From an uncultured Nitrososphaerota archaeon (lineage in GTDB: Archaea > Thermoproteota > Nitrososphaeria > Nitrososphaerales > Gagatemarchaeaceae): 64,000 nucleotides of DNA. A model generated the notes under the pieces. That model was not told the DNA's origin. It made no database searches and saw only the letters and a program-made list of their open reading frames with translations. How positions within the stretch are numbered: position 1 is the stretch's first letter; each line of letters opens with the position of its first letter. Positions 60,305-64,000 of the stretch are shown here, in pieces. The stretch lies in NCBI GenBank assembly GCA_963718895.1, contig CAVRAG010000008.1, forward strand, positions 1,216,001 through 1,280,000, written 5' to 3'. The translations under genes and the position numbers were made by a program.

Positions 60305-61187
60305 TGAGGTACAGAAGCGCTACGACGCCGGAGATCAGCGAGATCACTCCGATGACGTGATTTATCTCGAGTCTCTCTTTCAATAACACTATCGCGTAGG
60401 CGACCGTGACGGCAGCTGAGATGCCCCCGAAGGTCGCGAGGATCGGGACGGTCGCCGGGGACGGCGCTATAGTAACCCCGAGGCTGAATATCACGAGCCC
60501 GATGGTCTCGAGGGAGGCCATGACCAGGACCGTGCGGACCCATCCTCCTGACGGACGGGGGAACTTCGGCTTGATGACCGGGATGAGGGCGACCCCAACG
60601 GCGGCTCCTCCGAGCCTCACCGCTACGGCGGGGAGAAGGTACCCGATATGCTGGGTGGCGTATCCGAAGGAGGCCCACGACACTCCGAAGAAGATTGCGG
60701 CGAGGAAGGCCGAGCCGACGCCCGGGGCGAGGGGCTGGTTGCGCGTGAAGATCCTCCTCCGGAGGTCGGAGAGGCTCGTCGAGACCAGTACTATTCCGGC
60801 GATGATCACTCCGAGGGCAACGATCGCCCCTGTCGAGAAAGTCACGCCGAGGAAGACCACGGACATCGTCACCGAGACGGCTGGGAAAGAGTTCACTATG
60901 GGGGCAGTCAGCGAGAGCATGCCTCTGTTGTAGGCCCTGTAGAGCGAGGCGAAGGAGAGGAAGGTCGTGACCGCTATGAAGACCAGCACCGCAGCGAAGA
61001 ACGTCGAAATCTCAAAGTCTGACGATAGTATCAGTCCAGGGATGAGCGCGCCCACCCCGCTGAGAGCGAGGACGTAGATCGTCGTCCTGTACGGACCAAT
61101 CTTGGTCGTGACTCCCTTGGAGAGGAAGTCGGATGTGCCGAAGGAGAAGGCCATCACGATGCCTAGGAGGAATGGGATGATGTTCAA
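60297..61187 (-). CDS. EamA/DMT family transporter
   Basis: Duplicated 5-TM repeat, LLKERL. Confidence 0.88.
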   Translation of the reverse strand: MNIIPFLLGIVMAFSFGTSDFLSKGVTTKIGPYRTTIYVLALSGVGALIPGLILSSDFEISTFFAAVLVFIAVTTFLSFASLYRAYNRGMLSLTAPIVNSFPAVSVTMSVVFLGVTFSTGAIVALGVIIAGIVLVSTSLSDLRRRIFTRNQPLAPGVGSAFLAAIFFGVSWASFGYATQHIGYLLPAVAVRLGGAAVGVALIPVIKPKFPRPSGGWVRTVLVMASLETIGLVIFSLGVTIAPSPATVPILATFGGISAAVTVAYAIVLLKERLEINHVIGVISLISGVVALLYLTS

Positions 61188-61328
61188 TTCGATCTGTCTA
61201 GCGGAACAGATTCCGCGTTCACCGTCCCCCCTGCACCCTGTTATTATCGATTCAGCGGTTCTCCCTCAGGAATCGTCGCCAGCCGCGCTGCAAACCTCTG
61301 GAAACCCCGCCCTCCGCGTGTTTTCACA

Positions 61329-62372
61329 CTAGAGAAGGCCCTTCAGATACGCGGCGATAGTGTCAGCACCGTGATAAGGTCGCGGCTCTGTCCTCCGGTC
61401 GAGGTATCTCGGTATCAGGCGGTCGAGGTGGTCGACATCCTCGGGACTGAATCCCAGAGCTGCCGCGTTCTTCTCCTGCTCGGAATGGTGCTTGATTGGG
61501 ATGGCAATAATCGGCGAGCCATAGCTGACGGCTTCGTCTATGGTGCTCTTGCCTGCCGTCGAGATGATGAGATCTGCCGCCGCGACGAAGTCCTGGTTGT
61601 CACGCTCGAGGCCGAGGTATCGCACCCCTTCCCTCGTCGGCCCTCCAGAGAGCCCGGTGACCACCAGAGCTGCGTCCGGCAGGTTCAACCTCCCGAGGGC
61701 GGCGAGAACCCGGTCCAAGAGGAAGTCCCCTATGCCGCTTCCACTTGCGCTGAGCAGGATCATCCTCACGCCCTCTCCTAACCCAAAGCCGGCCCTCACC
61801 TCTTCCCTGGTCCTTGTGATGGCCCGGACGACGGGTGATACGAAGTGTATGTTTCCGTGGTCCTCCCCGAAGTCGGGCACCAGTATGCTTGACACCTGGT
61901 TCTGGAGGCTCGTGTACCAGACTGCCACCTTCTTCTCGATGTAGCGCGAGAACCAGCTCGTTGCGAAGCCGAGCTCCAGCTCGTCCGATATCATCGCGTG
62001 GCGCATCCCCTTCTCGATGGCGATCGAGACACAGGAGAACTCCTCGTCCCCTACTATCAGGGCGGGTTTCAGCCCGCCGACCAGCGCCTCCATCCTCGAC
62101 TTCGAGGAGCGGTAGCCGGACCAGTATCGCATGTACCAGAGTGCAGGGTGCCTCATGACCCCGTCCCGCTCCGAAGGCGTCGGCTCCCTGACGATGTCTT
62201 CGACCCTGAACCCGTACGAGCCGAGGAACGCCGCCGCGTTCCCGCCGGTGGCGAAGACCGGCTCCAGGCCCTCCTCCCGGAGTTCAAGCCCCACAGCGGC
62301 CGCCCTTGACGCATGACCCAGGCCGATGGGGCTCACCCCATAGAGAATCTCGGTCAAGCGACTCGCGGCCAT
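61329..62372 (-). CDS. Glycosyltransferase (MurG/GT28-like)
   Basis: GLGHASR, ADLIISTAGKSTIDEA, IP...HSEQEKNA. Confidence 0.88.
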   Translation of the reverse strand: MAASRLTEILYGVSPIGLGHASRAAAVGLELREEGLEPVFATGGNAAAFLGSYGFRVEDIVREPTPSERDGVMRHPALWYMRYWSGYRSSKSRMEALVGGLKPALIVGDEEFSCVSIAIEKGMRHAMISDELELGFATSWFSRYIEKKVAVWYTSLQNQVSSILVPDFGEDHGNIHFVSPVVRAITRTREEVRAGFGLGEGVRMILLSASGSGIGDFLLDRVLAALGRLNLPDAALVVTGLSGGPTREGVRYLGLERDNQDFVAAADLIISTAGKSTIDEAVSYGSPIIAIPIKHHSEQEKNAAALGFSPEDVDHLDRLIPRYLDRRTEPRPYHGADTIAAYLKGLL

Positions 62373-62460
62373 ACCAGGCTGCGTAATAAAATCAGCCTCC
62401 CGCGCTCGGCACCCGACACCGACACAACCGATAAGTAAAGCCGGGACGCGGGAAGGCGGG

Positions 62461-62844
62461 ATGAAGACGAGTTTCATCTACACCGGAATCAGAGTCAAGA
62501 ACATGAACGAGTCGATCGACTTCTACACGAAGGTCCTGGGGATGAAGCTCATCGGGCGGACCAAGATACCGATCGCGAAGGGCGAGGCCGCGAACCTGAT
62601 CACAGAGGGCGGCGAGTTCCCCCTGGAGCTGAACTATTACAGCAAGGCGAGCAAGTACGACTTGAGGTACACTGTGGGGGAGGGGCTCGACCACCTGGCA
62701 TTCGGGACCGACGACCTCGACGGCCTGATTGCCAAGGCGAACAAGATGGGTCATCCGACGATCGCCGAGATGAAGACGGAGACGAGCAGGTGGGTCTACA
62801 TCAAGGACCCCAACGGAATCTGGATAGAGCTGTGCAAGACCTAG
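62461..62844 (+). CDS. Glyoxalase/lactoylglutathione lyase family protein
   Basis: FYTKVLGM, LELNY, DHLAF, KDPNGIWIEL. Confidence 0.92.
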   Translation: MKTSFIYTGIRVKNMNESIDFYTKVLGMKLIGRTKIPIAKGEAANLITEGGEFPLELNYYSKASKYDLRYTVGEGLDHLAFGTDDLDGLIAKANKMGHPTIAEMKTETSRWVYIKDPNGIWIELCKT

Positions 62845-62861
62845 AGGCCCGGGCCCGCGGC

Positions 62862-63756
62862 TCACCCTACCGAGATGTGGAAGACGACGTGGATTACGGT
62901 CCCCAGAACGTAGAGCGCGACGGTCGCGCCGAGCATTATCCCTGTCAGCTCGACAAAGTCCCGCGCGAAAGGGCTTGTTTGAGATTATTGCGCTGTAGAA
63001 GCTGATGAAGGCGATCAGCAGCACGGCGAAGACCAGCGAGGTGCCGAGCGCCCAGGCCATCTGCTCCGTCAGGAAGTACGGGCTCGCCAGTATCAGGGCG
63101 GTGGCAAAGTAGGAGGCTCCGGTGTAGGTGGCCGACTTGCTGGCAGATCCCTCGAAGCCCTGCTTAGCCTGCGCGTAGGCGGCCGAGGACATGGCGAGCG
63201 AGGCCGCCGCCCCTGCGACGACCCCCGCGATGCCGGCGAGCCGAGTGGAATCGTAGATCCCAAGAGAGCCGGCGTGGATCCCGGCTATCTCCACGACCGC
63301 GTCGGCCAGGCCGAGCACTACGAACGAGATGTACCTTACCGCGCTCCCCTCGGTCTTCTTCTCGAACTCCTTCTCGTGGACGATCTCGTCCTCGAGCATC
63401 CTGTCGAACCGTGGCCGGTCGGCCTCTGGGATCAGGTGCGCGATGCTCTTGTACTGACGGATGACCCGGTTCTCATTTCTCTCAAGGAACGAGCTCGCGA
63501 ACGTCGTCCCGAAAAGAATCCTGAGGAAGATAGTCAGGTAGACGCGGAATTTACTGGCTCGGATCTTCGCGTCGGGGACGTATTTCATCCAGAACTCGTA
63601 GTGGCCGTGCTCCATCTCGGAGAGGGACTGCAGGACCTTCCGGAACTCCGGGTTCCTCTCGACGCCCAACCGCGAGAGCCTCCTGTAGACCTCGTGGTCG
63701 TTTATCTCGTCCTGGCAGCTCTCGCGCGCGATCCTCTCGAGCGTCTCTGAGGACAA
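62862..63756 (-). CDS. Erythrin-VIT1/CCC1 iron transporter fusion (frameshift near 62965)
   Basis: DE..D..Y, EHGH and EIVHE ferritin-like motifs; VLGLADAVVE VIT motif; last TM in another frame ending 62862. Confidence 0.85.
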
Positions 63757-63835
63757 GATTACCCCAGTTGGGGCGACGGACTTCTATAAGTTTGATGGCG
63801 GGTGTGGCTTTTATGCTGGACTAGAGTACAAGCCT

Positions 63836-64000
63836 GTGCGCGCAAGACGTCGAGTAGCCTGGTGGGTAAAGCATGGCAAGCCCAATCCAGGAAAGCCCTT
63901 AAAGAAGGGAAGTGTGCCATGGTCCAAAGGGAAGCCTCGTCCGGACATGATTGGCAACAAGTATGGCACCCTTCTCAAAGGCATTCCGAAATCTCGAGAA
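63836..64000 (+). CDS. Partial NUMOD3-motif protein (probable homing-endonuclease-like gene)
   Basis: GTG 63836; KKGSVPWSKGK...KGIPKSRE resembles NUMOD3 PWNKG repeats; runs off the window. Confidence 0.55.
   Translation, partial: MRARRRVAWWVKHGKPNPGKPLKKGSVPWSKGKPRPDMIGNKYGTLLKGIPKSRE

Overview
Archaeal, GC-rich chromosomal segment, most consistent with a non-ammonia-oxidising Nitrososphaerota (Thaumarchaeota) lineage. This is inferred from the HTH-ATP-cone-NrdD-like fusion, multi-intron tRNAs, Nre, and the TFE/aTrm56/MBF1/NAC cluster. From about 8.3 kb to 64 kb it is mostly core genome: Amt, class II RNR, a complete A/V-type ATPase operon in K-E-C-F-A-B-D-x-H-I order, tRNA-Pro and tRNA-iMet (two introns each), TiaS, Tsr3, RNase P RNA, a CHASE4 two-component system, nurA-herA-mre11-rad50, Nre and AlaX. 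Five free-standing homing-endonuclease-like genes are interspersed. The standout is 1-7.7 kb: an array of mostly co-oriented small membrane/secreted-protein genes, many preceded by a conserved 21-bp core (GATTAATAGTTWTGTCCGAAC on +). This core is joined either to a ~100-bp non-coding element (type A) or to a duplicated ~260-bp module carrying a ~65-aa ORF (type B), and a further copy lies at 43.1 kb. The layout looks like an integron-like but non-attC gene-cassette system, or alternatively a regulon of the embedded membrane-anchored wHTH regulator. No recombinase is present in the window, and the array runs off the left edge. Many single-base frameshifts in housekeeping genes suggest uncorrected sequencing indels.
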